Shown here piece after piece: positions 37,101 to 50,339 of a DNA stretch of 64,000 nt. Each line of letters opens with the position of its first letter. Position 1 is the first letter of the stretch. Source of the DNA: Harriotta raleighana (lineage: Eukaryota); the NCBI GenBank assembly GCA_050575255.1, contig JBNZDD010013718.1, forward strand, positions 3,405,098 to 3,469,097, read 5' to 3'. Position numbers and translations under genes: made by a program. The notes below the pieces were generated by a model. That model saw only the letters and a list, made by a program, of their open reading frames with translations, ran no database searches and had not been told where the DNA came from.

Positions 37101-38856
37101 CCACTGAAAAAAACAATTAATCCATGTTAATCCTACATCAACAATAAAATCTATTGATGTGATATCAAGTAATCTTTTCTACAAATAAAAATGTCCAAAC
37201 TTCTTAGCAAATTGTTTTTCTTAGTTAAAACAAAAATACAGAAAGGGAAATATATTTGATAACAGCTTTCATGGAGTCCTAATAGATGAGACCACTTAAA
37301 AACAATGACTAGGAATTATTTGTGATACATTTTTGCAACTAAATGCAAACTAAAAACAAAATAGAATTACTTATTTGTTTTAATGATTTATTCGATGTTT
37401 CTTCTGTACACTCTGGTTACTGCTTGATTGTTGTAATGGATGTAAATTGATTATAGGCCTTTGAACAAAAGATAACTGAAGAACTGTTACATTTCTAATT
37501 GAAAGTTCCAGTCTCTTGCAGATAGTCTCCTGCCCATTTGAAAAAACTTTTCTGTGCTGTTTAAAGTCGCTTGTTTCTTTGCACCCACATGTCCTGTCAG
37601 CAGTCTCTTTCACCGAGCTCTGCATCTGTGACAGTGATATCATCTCGCCCTCAAATCTTTCAAGCGTGTAATCACTTTGACTTGAGAAGCACAGTTTTTC
37701 AAAGAGAAGTTACTGGGTGGTTCTTTAGTGCAATTCCAGTGTTTCTCTCTCTCTCTTTTGCTACTTGTGAAGGATTGCAGAGCAGAAATATATAAATACT
37801 TGTTTAAATCTTCTCCCTGGATTTTATACTGTAGAACTAGTACAACAAAAATGAGCCTTGAGTGTGATGTATTTATTTATTTTTTATATACACACACACA
37901 CCTACTATGCAGGCCTTTGATAACAGCTATGATCTTTGACTATCTTCCCTGGACAAAAGGCACTGTATTATCCAACTGTGCACTCAGCACTCCTCTGGGC
38001 CTGCCTTACTTTGAATAATTATGAAGAGATTTATTTAAATTAAGACATAGCAACTATTCAGGTTCAAATCCTGGCACAGGATGAGATAATCATGTCCATG
38101 AGTGCTGGATTAGCCGTATGAAGGCAAATGACTGCCATTCTGTGGGCATAAGAGCAAAAGTCCCTACCCCTCCATTTTAAAGGCTTTATTTTAAGACCTA
38201 TAATTGCCTCAAGTGTTCTCAAGAGTCCTTTAAGCTTGGAGCAAGTGTAAAAAAGTCATGACAGAAAATTGTACTATTGCATTAAGATAGACAGAGCCAG
38301 CGAGCATCCCTTCCTCATTACTCAATTTAGCAGCAGCCGCGGTTTTAAGTAATCTGAGATTTAATTAAACTAATTGATTTTCTTGCATTTTTATTAGCCA
38401 TTGTCATAACAAAAGGGTGACCCTGTGATTACTCACAAAGATTAAGGGATATGAAGGATGTTTCTCTCTGAAACATTGATAGCCTCGTGTGATTGTTCAG
38501 GGTTAAAGAGGCTATTTTTCCACATGTTGGTCATGGATGCAATTTGGTTACAGTAGAAGTTTGCTGACGGCATTAGACTAGCACAGTGAGCAATGACCTT
38601 GGGGTCAGATATGTAGCTCTTTCTCATGGGATTCCTGAGCTAAGAAGCTGGAAATACATCCCACTGCCTCACGGAAACTCCGCTCTGATGCAAACTGCTT
38701 TCAGAGTTGAGTTCCCAGTGAATCGGCAGGATGTGAACAAGGTGCTTCCAGTTACTAGGAGGAACCTTATAGCAATAATTAAAATCATAATAATGCTTAG
38801 ATTTAATATAGCATCTTACAAGTCAGGAGGATGCCTCAAAATGTTTTGTAAAGTAC

Positions 38857-39201
38857 TAAGCAATAATAACCATAATCATAATAATAATAATCCTTACATT
38901 CGATATTTAGTGGCATTTTCACATCTTCTAGACATCTCAAAGTGCTTCACAGAATACACTGTAAAGTGAATTAACTGCACATTTGTGGGCGAAATGCAGC
39001 AGCCATTTGCACACAGCAATGTCCCACGAACAGTCTCCCATGAATTGAGTGACCAAATTATTATCGTGTTTTTTTTTGGCAGGATTATTATCAAGGGTGT
39101 AGAGTAAGGAAATTTGCCAAACGTTTCGCCCTACCGGGAACTGAACCCATGTCTCTAGCTTGTAAGGTGAGTGCTCTAACCACTGAGCTACAGGACTCCA
39201 C
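38857..39201 (-). mobile_element. Full-length young tRNA/Deu SINE nested in an older SINE
   Basis: A box, B box, Deu core and (ATT)n tail on the minus strand; 8-bp TSD TAAAGTAC at 38849-38856 and 39202-39209. Confidence 0.92.
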
Positions 39202-39449
39202 TAAAGTACAGTGATTGCAGTTTGCAGGTGAACATGGCAGCCAATTTGCACACAGTAATTTCTCACCATGACAGCCATGAAGCAAATGATCAAGATGAAC
39301 ATCTTCCACTCAGATATCAGAAAAAAGGCTGCAGTTGTTTTTTTATTTAGAAAATGCTTGTTGAGATATAAGCTTCTTATAGAAGTCTTTAAAGACACAA
39401 CTCAATATGATGTAGTATTCTATAACTCAAAATAATTTTATTAATGTAT

Positions 39450-39690
39450 AATCAGTTTATATAGTGGCTTGGCACATCAAAGTGTTTCAAAATGCTTCAT
39501 ACAATGAATTACTTTGAAGTGTATTGTTTATAACATGGGCTAATCTATGTCAATAACATTGCATCCCACGAAAGCAATGAGATGATTAACCGTATTCATA
39601 ATGTTTTGGTGAATTGCAATAAGAAAGAGAATTGCCTAGGATTCACTGATTTTCTCTTCTTTGAAATAGTGCCATGGGATCTTCAATCAA
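39450..39690 (-). mobile_element. Old DeuSINE (SacSINE1/AmnSINE1-like) relic
   Basis: TTTATATAG...CAATGAATTACTTTGAAGTG...CTTTGAAATAGTGCCATGGGATCTT resembles the reverse DeuSINE body, from memory of the family. Confidence 0.6.
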
Positions 39691-41359
39691 TCAATCAAAA
39701 TTACATTTATATCTTGAACGTTTATTACACAGAGAATTATATCCAAGTATAATGACTCACCTGAAGGACCCTACTGTAGAACTAAGTTATAATGCAAATC
39801 TGCTTATATATCTTAGAAGTGCTTGAGCATGGTTGCATTTATACAGTGCAGAAAATTATATCATATTTACCCAAAAGTCAGTTATGTTTAGGATGGGATA
39901 CTGGCAGCATGCAGGAAGTAATGTTTTGGCAGCCATTTTGTTTTGTACCCTATTATAACACAATGTTTGGATTTACAGACCCATTATAATGGGGTTCTGT
40001 TGCAGTTTCAACAATGGAACCAAACTGATTGTTTTCTTGACTGGTGGTAACTTGAGGTTTATAAAGCTAAACGTTTCTTACAGTGACATTGTGCATCTTA
40101 AATCGAACTCATTCTGAATACCTGATTTTCATTTGGAGTTCAGATAAATTTGATTTGATCTCCTTAAATGAAGCTGTCCCATAAAGATGCAGGCATCTGT
40201 TTAACTAAAAGAGCATGTTAATAGTTCTTTTTATCAATTAAAGCTATGATCATTTTTCATTCTTGGCTTGAAGATCAAACCACAGTTCTTGTGTGTGTTC
40301 TTTACATAAGCCACAGTAAGCAAGGGAGTTTAGCAAAAAACATATTTCCGTTTTATGACTTTGACAAAGCCATATTTCTCATGCTTCTCTTTTCACATGG
40401 GGAACAGAAACCAGGTTTGGTTATCCTTGAATGTCTGAATTTACAATGCGCTGCTGTTCAGAACATTGAATAAAGGGTAAGCAGTTCCAGCTGTTGTATT
40501 CTTTATGTTTGTGTTTTAGTTGTGATTACTACGGCTGACTAAATCCATAGATCCAGATACAACCTGGTATAATCCCTTTGCACGTAGTTTCATGCACTCT
40601 ACTTCACACCAACAGAAAATTCTGGATTTTCCAAGACAAATCTTGTCTATTGAAAACCAATCTACATCCGAACAAACCCCAATGTCAACCCCACCCATGT
40701 CCCCAACCTGCACCTGCCAACTCCCCCCACCCCGCCCTATATCACCATCACCAACAAAAAAAATCCAAATTTATATTTCCATTCAATTTTGCTTCCAGCT
40801 ATCCTATTGCCTTACTTGCTTAATGCATGGTTAGCATTTTCTGGAGTTTGAAACCATGTCGCTAACCTTAGCATTTTGACCTGAACATTGAACCCAACCT
40901 TCTGCTTTAATGAAATAACAGATAATAGATTCTCCACTCCTTGATCATTTAACAAACCATTAAAATCATTTAATTAGAGGGAAATCTGGTCATTCAAGAT
41001 TGTAAAGTATTGGATTCCCCCTTCTAAGGTCTTGTGTTCATGTCCCCTCTGTAGCTGACATTTGACTTCCTGCTATCCCTGAGGATGACCTTTTTCAGAT
41101 CTTGGGCAATTTTGTTTTAAGATGGAACCTTTCATCCCCAAAGGAAGAAACCCTTCCACAGAGAACAAACTCATGGTTCCTATTGGATAGAGTGGAGCAA
41201 AGCTCAGCCACCCCACCCTTTCGAGGATCAGCTGATGAAACCAGTGTGAAAGCAGGTTTCAAGAGCTAAATCTCACAGCAAATAACCATAACAAGAATGA
41301 TCAGAGTACAGGACTTAACTAAGTCTGAAATTATTTCAAGTCCATTCCCTACTATTTCA

Positions 41360-41565
41360 AGTCCATTCTTCCTCAAATCCCCCTGTCTTGACCCACTCTC
41401 TCTCCATTTTCAAGCCCCACCTGAAAACCTTCTTTTTCAACCATGCTTATGGTCACATTCCCGCAGCATCCCCACCCAGCTCAGTGTCAGGCTACACCAC
41501 CGTTAAGCACTCTAAATCACTACCCTGCATGGAGGACGCTATGTAAATCCAAGTGGTTGTTGTTT
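41360..41565 (+). mobile_element. L2 LINE 3' fragment
   Basis: TTCAAGCCCCACCTGAAAACCTTCTTTTTCAAC (FKPHLKTFFF) followed by GGAGGACGCTATGTAAATCCAAG and (GTT)n. Confidence 0.7.
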
Positions 41566-42028
41566 TATAGTCCACCTGCTGTAGATATTGTATTGAATGT
41601 TACTGGTAATTAATACGAATCCACAAGCCTGGAATTTATCATTTATAATGAAATGACGATGGTTTGGTGCAGCAATAATTATTGAATTTTCCCTGTTTTA
41701 CTGGATCAGTAAAGTAAACTTCCTTTTTTGAATTGTGAAGCTAAAATGTCGCTTTCACTTAAAGATCCCTACCTTGAAATTCCAGCTTCTGTGGGCATGT
41801 CAGCTTAGTTGGTGAAGAGCTTCAAGCACTTTCCTGGTATGTGATTCCTTCAGATAGTTGAATCTTTGACCCTTACTGTTTTCAAATATATGGCACCAGA
41901 TGGGTCAAAGGGAATACCTCAGCAGTCCAGTTATGTTCTTGCAGCTTTATTACCAATTGTAACTAACAACTGAAGGCAGTTATCTCAGCTGTTAAAAAGG
42001 GCGTGTGCATCTGTTGGCTGGAGTTTAG

Positions 42029-42073
42029 TGTGTTAATATAAGTCACGATGTGTTAATATAAGTCACGATGTGT
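42029..42073. repeat. Perfect 20-bp tandem duplication
   Basis: TGTGTTAATATAAGTCACGA twice plus a partial third unit. Confidence 0.9.
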
Positions 42074-43134
42074 AAACCCAATGGCTATCTCTCTCTTTCC
42101 CCCCTTTCATATTCTGGTTCCCATCACACTGTTGTTGCACTGAAGCTATTTCATGTAACCTTGGGTGATTAAATGAGGAATAAAAGTAGACCTCTGAGGG
42201 AGTACTTACAGCCCTCCACAGAGGTGATGTAAGCTCAGCCACCTGCAACTTTAAGCATCTCTTTTCAGCTATAAAAAGGGCATCTGTTTGAGAGATGTGC
42301 TATCACTTCATCCTTACTGCTATCTATGTGCTTTGTTCACCTGCCCCACTTCATATGAATTACTGTCCAATATTTTCTGAGTAAGTCATACAGGAAGTTC
42401 ACACATATCAGCTTCTGTACAAAGGGCAGTCCAAAGGGGTTCATAAAATCTTTGACTCTGAGAAATCTTTTACTGGATTCTGGGTAAGACGAGAGTTAAT
42501 GAAAAGCTGGCTGAGATTCCCCATCGGCACATTTTTGATGGAAATTATTTAATTCCCTTTTTATTTTGTAATTGTATTGTTCTTTTTTTTATGGGTGCAA
42601 CATTTTAAAATGTTTGTACATTAATATGCAAACATCGGTATTCACTTTACTCCCCATCCACCAACAAATGATTCTGGATTTGTTAATTGGTTTCCAGTTT
42701 AAATCTAGAAGGGATGATAAAACGTGCATTATAACAACGCACTTGCTTCACGCCAGTCTTATTAAAGACTCAGGGTGTTTTTTCCCAACCAGTTTATAGT
42801 TCTACATAAAAAATTATACAACCTGTATCTTTGTTTGATTGAGCAAGGTTGCCATGGGTTTGTATTGGAATGTGTCTGTTATTTTCTGAAGTGTTAAAGA
42901 ATTTTGTTTGGTTTCAAAGAACAAATGTATTTAATTGCATTCCACACACCCTTAAAACGAACATTTAAATCGTTCAGAAAAGCCAAAAAGCACTCTTATA
43001 ATTCCCACAGTACACAGTTGTTAAGAATCAACTGACATTTAAAAAAGTTATGGGGTATTTGACTGTAAGCAATAAAAAGAGACATTGGTGTATAAGCCAA
43101 CATTCCCTGAAATAAAATTGATCATTTGCTTTAT

Positions 43135-43264
43135 GACAGATTAGTTGATGCATTTGGCTAGCAAATACAGTCATTACGCTTTAGATTGTATCTAGTGAAG
43201 CGCTTTATGACATCTCCTGACACGAAAGGCACAGTATCAAATGTAAGGATTATTATTATTATTA
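43135..43264 (+). mobile_element. Degraded SINE 3' part
   Basis: AAATACAGTCA...GTGAAGCGCTTT...ATCAAATGTAAGG(ATT)n. Confidence 0.65.
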
Positions 43265-46200
43265 TATATTTTTTAAATTCTTTATTGTCATTGATTAGAG
43301 GCTGCCCCTAGCTCAGCTGTATATTCTGAGATTCCACAGGAATGCTTTTGGAAAGCAACTAGTCAAACGATTAAAGTTATTGTGCTAACTCTTGTTTACA
43401 TTGAGTCCTGGTGCCATCATTTAGATTTAGTGTGTGAAACAGTGTTGGAGAACCAAGTGCAGATGACCCATTTAGACTGCTGGCTCTCCACAGGACATCT
43501 CCACAGGTATCATTTCTCTTTAACACATTCATACATGCATCAAGCAGGGCATGTGAGTGCATCACGTACTGTTTCAACTGCTGTACATGTTCTTGTAAAC
43601 CACACATCTATTTCCTTGTGTAAGGACAGCAAAGTGGATGCATCAAACATTCTGTGTGAAACTAAATGAATGTAGATGTGGACTTCGATCCCATAATCAT
43701 TTTGCTTTATTGCTGTCTCAGAATTGATCTCACCTTTAAAACAGAAGCAGATTTACCATGTTGCTAGGGTTGATTCAGTGAGTTCACATCAACAATGAAA
43801 AAGTACCTTTAAGCAGATGTGGGGTGTTTTTCAGCCTCTGATTCTTTTTGCAAATAAAGTGCAAATAAATAAATGGCAAAAATTACCACATCATAAGCAC
43901 ACTATAATCCTTTTCTTCTGAATCATCTTGGATGTAATTCAAGTATTGATGTTATTTAGTGCATCAGTGTAACGGTGATGCAGTGTAGTCAAAAAAAGTG
44001 ATGTTTCACAACGGTTTCAAAGTGCTAATTATCACATCAAATCTGATACAAAACTTTGCATTTTTCGCCCCATGTGTATGCCTGTGTGCCTCAAAAAGCG
44101 ATGAGATGCTTATAAGATGCTACTGGCATGATATCACTGAAGGTTTGGAGATGAATGGCAGTAAGCTAAGGAGCCATTCCTTTGCTGTTGGCAATAGGCA
44201 CGCTGTTTCGAACAATTCAGTAAACAGCAGAAATGTTTTCCTGGACTCCTGCCCATTGAGGACTAAAGACCTTTCATAACTTACAAAACAAGAAGTGAGT
44301 TTCTCAGAACAGAGGGTTGAATGAAACCCACATGATGCCAATATTTCCACTTAAGCACATTGGCAGGACTTGTTCCACCATAAGTAATTCTGACTTCCCC
44401 GTTCCTGCCTCCTCTCCTGCGGAGGAAAATAAAACCCCTTTACTGCTGTGAATCGAGCAGGAAGCCGGAATAGTATCTCTTTCTTGTCACTATTGCTTCC
44501 CTGGCCTCCCTCCTTCTACTTGTCAGCTATGTGATAAAGGATCAGAAGGCAGAGCAGAGGACCATGGTTTTGTTGTAAAATACACTAATGAAGATGGCTT
44601 TGGGAGAAATGTGTGGGTCCCCAGTTTTCTGGCTGAGAATCAAGACTCCCTGTTTCTCCCCTGCAGTCAGTTCAGGGCATGACAGTGATCTCCTTTGGGT
44701 TAAATCCAAAATGCATTTAATGCAGCACAAAATTTGTTTAACCCCTTTCAGCTAGTTCCAATGCTTCTATATATCCTGTCCATTAAGTGTCACAATGTCA
44801 CACATTATTTGTGTGTTTAATTGTTTTCCCAATTAAAAGGCACAGAGATGAATCTGCCCAATTGTAACATTCATGTAATTTGCGATTATTATACATTTGA
44901 TTTCTGTCCAGTAAATATGATACATTGATTTTCTCTCCTGTCTCCCCCTGCCTCTCTTATCAGGCCATTGAGATCAATTGTATTGCTCCTAATGTGCAAG
45001 ATGTGAAGTTGATTCACAGTGTATGTTCAGGTGCCATTCCAAGGTGTGCACACCCATGCAACACTACAGATCTTAGAATAAATTTGAACCCTGTTGCCTC
45101 TATATGATTGTCTAGCAATGACACAACTCCAATCTAGCAAAAAGCCAAACTGAATCTGTGGCTCATTTCACCCCGACTATAAAGATACCTACAAATTGAG
45201 GCAATGCCACAGCATGAACCAATCATGACACTCCAATAGCAGCAGTGCAATAATAAAAGTTCAGGTGACATTTTAGCGAGAGTTAACACTATTGTGCTGA
45301 ACAGAGCACAAGGATGGTTAGTCCAAGGTAAAGAAACAGACATTCTGACATTTCAGTTAAAATATTACTTGCGAGCTTAATCCTGCCTAATGTAATATTT
45401 ACATATGTGCACTTTCCAAAAGTGTTTATTGTTTAGCAATTATCTTGACTGGGAAACTTGACTGAATTTGCCCCCTTCCCCCTTGACAAGACATTGAAGT
45501 CAATTGCTGCAGCTGAGATCAGTTAATTCAGCTCAAATTTGTGATCTTTCTGGTCCATTTTGCTCAGAAGGCGCCATATAAATGCCAGTTACTGTCGTAA
45601 TTTCACACTGGGCAGTGACTTTTATCAACTGAGCTGCCGCAGGAGTAATTTGGGAACATTTGTTTCTGGCGCCAGGTACCCAGAGAGCATAATGTTCTGT
45701 TCTCACTAATGTCCCGCACCTTGTCTAGCATAAAATGTCACTGTTTTGTTAGTTAATGAGAGAAAAGTAGGAGAGACTTAAAAAGTGCTGCATGGCTTCC
45801 CTGCAATGCTAAAGAAGGAAAAACAGTGGATAAAAGAGGCCTGTGAGGAGTGCGCAGGCACACTGGGGTGGACTTCCTCAATACCCTGAAAAGAGAAAAG
45901 CTCTATGTTTGGTACAACAACAAAAGGCACAGCCCAGATCCTACTGAGAGGAAGCAGATCTAGGGAGGAAATTGCCAAAACAAATCAATCCCTCCTCCCA
46001 GGTCAAACAAGCAGGCAATGACTCCTGCAGGAGGTACAATGGCATGGGAACCAAAGGAAAGAAAAGTAGCAAAACTTAAAAGAGGCCTTGTCTTCTATGC
46101 CTGATGTTCACTCTTCAACTGAGCATTTGGGGATTCTAGAGGAAAGAGAATCTGTTCAGCGGACAAATTAAAAGGGGATTCAGAAAGGGAGGGAGAGTAT

Positions 46201-46269
46201 TTGCATAACTCTCTGCCCTAGGTTTATGAAATTGCATCCCGGAATCTATCTTATCCCTTCACCCCCCCC

Positions 46270-46450
46270 CCCCCCCAACCCACCCACGCCATCTTTAAAG
46301 CTCACTTTGGATCTTTCATGTTTTTGGTCACCTTTCCCATCCACCCTCAGCTTCCCCTACCTCCACCTTGAGTTCCCAGTCAGCTCTGTAAAATGCTTTG
46401 AAATGTACTCTAAACATGAAAGGCACTAAGTTCTTAATGTCAAATTATTA
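46270..46450 (+). mobile_element. Degraded L2 3' fragment
   Basis: CTTTAAAGCTCAC...TTTTGGTCACC...CTCTGTAAAATGCTTTGAAATG...ATGAAAGGCACTA. Confidence 0.45.
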
Positions 46451-46932
46451 TATATATGTAAACACACACATACTTATACATAGCAAATGTTGGGCCCAGA
46501 AATTTCCATCAATTCATGTAAAAACACATTTTACAATACTGCACTCTTCAATAAGAGGCTAAAATTGTCATGGCAGAAACCGTTTTCCATGTTTTATTTG
46601 CTACAAAATAATTTCCAGCTCAATTGGTGCAGTATATCAAAACAGATGAGCCCTACTGTGCAGAACATGTGTGATATGGCAGATCCCAGAATGCCCTATG
46701 TCTGTGGGACAAATACACACATGTACAGGAAGTCTGCCCGGCTGGTCTCACTGCAGTTCAAAACTACTGAGATTAAGGAACAGCTGGGGCTACACAGTTG
46801 TATACAAGAATAAAAATGTTTCCTGGAGCATTCAAAGAGGTGGTCACCATACCGAGAGAGAGAGAGAAAGAGAGAGGGGGGTGGGGGGGAAGAATGTGGC
46901 AGAGGATGGAGAGGTGGAGAATTGTGGTGAGA

Positions 46933-47090
46933 TTATAATAATAATCCTTGAATTTGATAGAGTGCCTCATCGTATCTTCTAGACAGCTTCCAAGCTCTTT
47001 ACAGAATATACTGTTAAGTTAATTAACTGTGTATTTGTGGGCGAAACGCAGCAGCTAATTGCTCACTGCAGTATCCCACAAACAATTGTT
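46933..47090 (-). mobile_element. Young SINE 3' half
   Basis: (AAT)nCCTTGAATTTGATAG...TGTGGGCGAAACGCAGCAGC...CCCACAAACA. Confidence 0.85.
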
Positions 47091-47269
47091 GATTTACATT
47101 TTTTTTAAAGATTATTACCGCCCCAGGATAGGGGTCTGCCAATCGCTTGACAGGAATAAGTGCATGAACCACATGAAAATTTGAAAATTGCCAAAGCTGT
47201 TGAGTTCTGATGGGGAATATGACACTACGCATTTGCACGCAAGTGGTACTCGATAGAGAAAAGATTAAG

Positions 47270-48300
47270 GACAGTCATAAGAAGAGGGATGTGCAAGTGG
47301 TGGGGAATTCTAGTTGCAGCTGTGACCAATAGTTTCTTCATTGCTTGTTGCGGCCAGCAGCTGAGTAAGGGGCACAACAAACAGGGTGAATATGCTTTTG
47401 GAAACAGTGGGGGGTAAAAATCAGAAATCATAGTTCATGTAGGAACCTGTGATATATAAAAGGATATAATGGAGCTCTTGCAAGGGCATTTTGAGCTTTA
47501 CTCACATTGCCATGCTCAAATTAGTTCAGAAAGAATAATATTTTAATGCCTTGCTTGAGATGGTCTAATAGGGAGCATTTCAGCCTGGGACACTGAAATG
47601 AATTCTGGAACAGAAAGCTATAGGGTAGCGATGACCTTCATTTGAACTGCAATGGTACCACTGCTCTCTCCCAAAGAGAGAGTGGGTGGAGCAGTGGGAA
47701 GGACTTAAACCAGTGAAGAGATGCGAAGAAAAAACTAAGCAAATAGAAGGCAACCGAAACATAAGAGGAATGCAGAAGAATTTATAATAGGAAAAAAAAA
47801 TTAAAATTAGAAGGGTGGATGGTCTGAGGGGATAAATGAGTCAGAGTTGAAGTGGTTATATACAAATCTTCAAAGATTTGGGAATAAAATCAAGAAACTG
47901 GAGACACTGATTAAATTAGAATGATATAATGTTGTAGTTTTGACAGAAAGTTGGCTTTAGGTGGGGCATGGGTGGGAACTAAATATCCCTGACTACAGAA
48001 TTTTCAAGGCGGATTGAGTTGGAAACAAAGGAGGGGTGACCTGATTAACTGAGATTTAAAAAACTTTTAGAAGCTAGTGATCAGGCAGAGTTTGACTGAG
48101 TTGAGGTGACACGTGATAAGGGATCTGATGCCATATTGTACAATATAGACCACCAATATTGGTAAATAGAGGACTAGATTTGTAGCGAATCTAAAGAGGT
48201 TTGCAGATATAATGGGAAACTTTGGCTATCCCAAGGTTGACTGGACTGAGGCAAATAGCTGTAGTCAATTTTGGAAGGTTTCCTAGAATATATCTGAATC
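47270..48300 (+). mobile_element. Decayed CR1 LINE: ORF1 SGNH-esterase region and ORF2 APE endonuclease start
   Basis: Residual motifs VQVVGNS, IIVHVGTCDI, DDLHLNCNGT (ORF1 esterase) and WLYTN, GNKIKKLE, YNVVVLTESWL, WELNIPDYRIF..GNKGG, YRPP (endonuclease); many stops and frameshifts. Confidence 0.8.
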
Positions 48301-50093
48301 AATTATGAATCCACAGAGATAGTAAGCCCATACCACACGTGCAATGGAAAATCCCTGTAAGTGTAGTTAATTTTTAACAATCAGTGTTACATACAATGAC
48401 ACAGTAATAACTGTACACGTATAAAGTGGTGGGGACACAAAGTGCTGCTACTATGCAGATAGGATTTAATGTGTTAAAGGAGCAACGTCAGTATGAAAAA
48501 ATATTCAGCAAGATTTTTGGGTGTCTGCCAATTGCTTTATTTGGTTAAACAAATTACAGTGAAAGGAATAATTGTGCCACCAAAGTATCATCGCTCACAT
48601 ATGTTCAATGGGATTAAAAGGTTATGCAAGGGTCCTCTCTCTTCGGTGACCCTGACGGTATCTCTTTAAGAAACTCATGTTCACTTGGTAAGTTTCCAAA
48701 TTCCACTCAGGCCTCCATAAGGTTTCTACATCTAATGAAGGCACAACCGTGTCTATTAATATTTTACAGTTCTTTACTGTGTTCACAGAAGATGGAGTCT
48801 ATGTCACCACAGACCTCATATTGGTAACCCTCATCTCACAACCTCACTGGCAGGTACAGCTGATGCTCCACACCATCTCAGGCTCTAATGAGAGAAATTC
48901 CTCTGCCAATAGTCAATATGTGTGCATGTGTGAGTGTGCATGCGCATTTTTGCCTCCAGCAATAGAACAAGTTCCAGCCTCAGAATCAGATAAGGAGGGT
49001 CAATGTGCCTGTCTTTCAGCTGTCCCGCCTCTCTAGCTTTAACACACTCCTTTGGAACATGGTCTTTGTCTCCTTCTCCCCCAGGAATAAGTCCCCTTTA
49101 CCATCAGGAATCTCCGCATAATGATCCCGTTGCACAGAATTTCATGGAGCTTCTGAGCAACGCAGGTTTGACAGGATTTGTATCCATCTGGAGATTTTAG
49201 GCAAGAAGGTGTGCAAACTGTCCCAGTGTGTCTCTGTATTGGTGCAGATCTGCCATTCCACCTTGGCGTCTGATTCCCCAGCTGGCTGCACAAATGTTGC
49301 CTGTCAAACCTCTCCTGACGATTTTTGAGCTCTGGTGCTCTAGAGGGATCATCAGCTCAGGCTCTTTCTGCTCCTCTGCTGCCCTGCTGCCTCCCAGTGA
49401 TATTCTGTCAAGGCCTGTCTGTCTGCCAGTAGAAACTCCAACACAAGAGAATTCTTCCTCAGGCAAACTGACAACAGAGACTGGTAGATGTCCTTGCCAC
49501 AGGAAATGGGGCCAAGGCAGCTGCCCCCTACCTCATCATTGAGAAAAAGTGAAAGAAATCCCCCAAAAAACATTAAAGGCAGGCATTCAGCTATCCACGG
49601 CTGAAAGTACTTTTCTTTCACCCTGTCCCAGCCTTACTCTCATATTTTCTCTTTTTATGTTGATTGAAGGCAATATTTCAAGACAGCAATTTCAATTTTC
49701 CAAAGCAGGACGATTTGGGAGATTTTTTAAAAATGTAGCCACAGTGAATTTATAATGAAAGACGAATGAAGGAACATACAGATCAATTTACTCTGTGAAA
49801 CACAGCAAAGAATATTTGTTGGCAAACAACATAACCTGCACAGTACAATCCTAATTCACCGCATATTAATATTTTTGAATTCTGTTCAACTGACATTCAG
49901 ACCCCAACATTGCAAGTTCAGGCCAGAGTTATTTATAAAGGCCGGAGTTATTTTTGCCTACATATCCGAGCGTGTTGTTCGGTGATCTTGACTATTTCAG
50001 CCTTGGCCTTTCCAGAGACATTAGCTGCCTATGCCTGCAGATTTACCCGTGGCATAAACACAATTTAATCTATCTCCAGCAAGCAACACATGT

Positions 50094-50312
50094 GCAACAT
50101 CAGGGAACAATGCTGCATGCCACATAGAGGGTCACAAAGAGATACCTACCAATGCTTCCAGAACCATGTTATGCAGTCGCCATATCACACGATGCATTAA
50201 CGNGCAACATCAGGGAACAATGCTGCATGCCACATAGAGGGTCACAAAGAGATGCCTATCAATGCTTCCAGAACCATGTTATGCAGTCGCCATATCACAC
50301 AATGCATTAACG
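50094..50312. other. Assembly join: 109-bp duplication around single N at 50203
   Basis: 50094-50202 versus 50204-50312 differ by 3 substitutions. Confidence 0.85.
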
Positions 50313-50339
50313 AATAATAATAATAATAATAATAATAAT
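50313..50339. repeat. (AAT)9 microsatellite, likely a SINE tail remnant
   Basis: Followed by CTTTGCATT, as in the reverse SINE tail. Confidence 0.85.

Noticed and set aside
48600-49545. GC-richer stretch with several 65-104 aa ORFs on both strands
   Set aside because: No domain motif or splice structure; possibly an old transposon remnant that I cannot assign.
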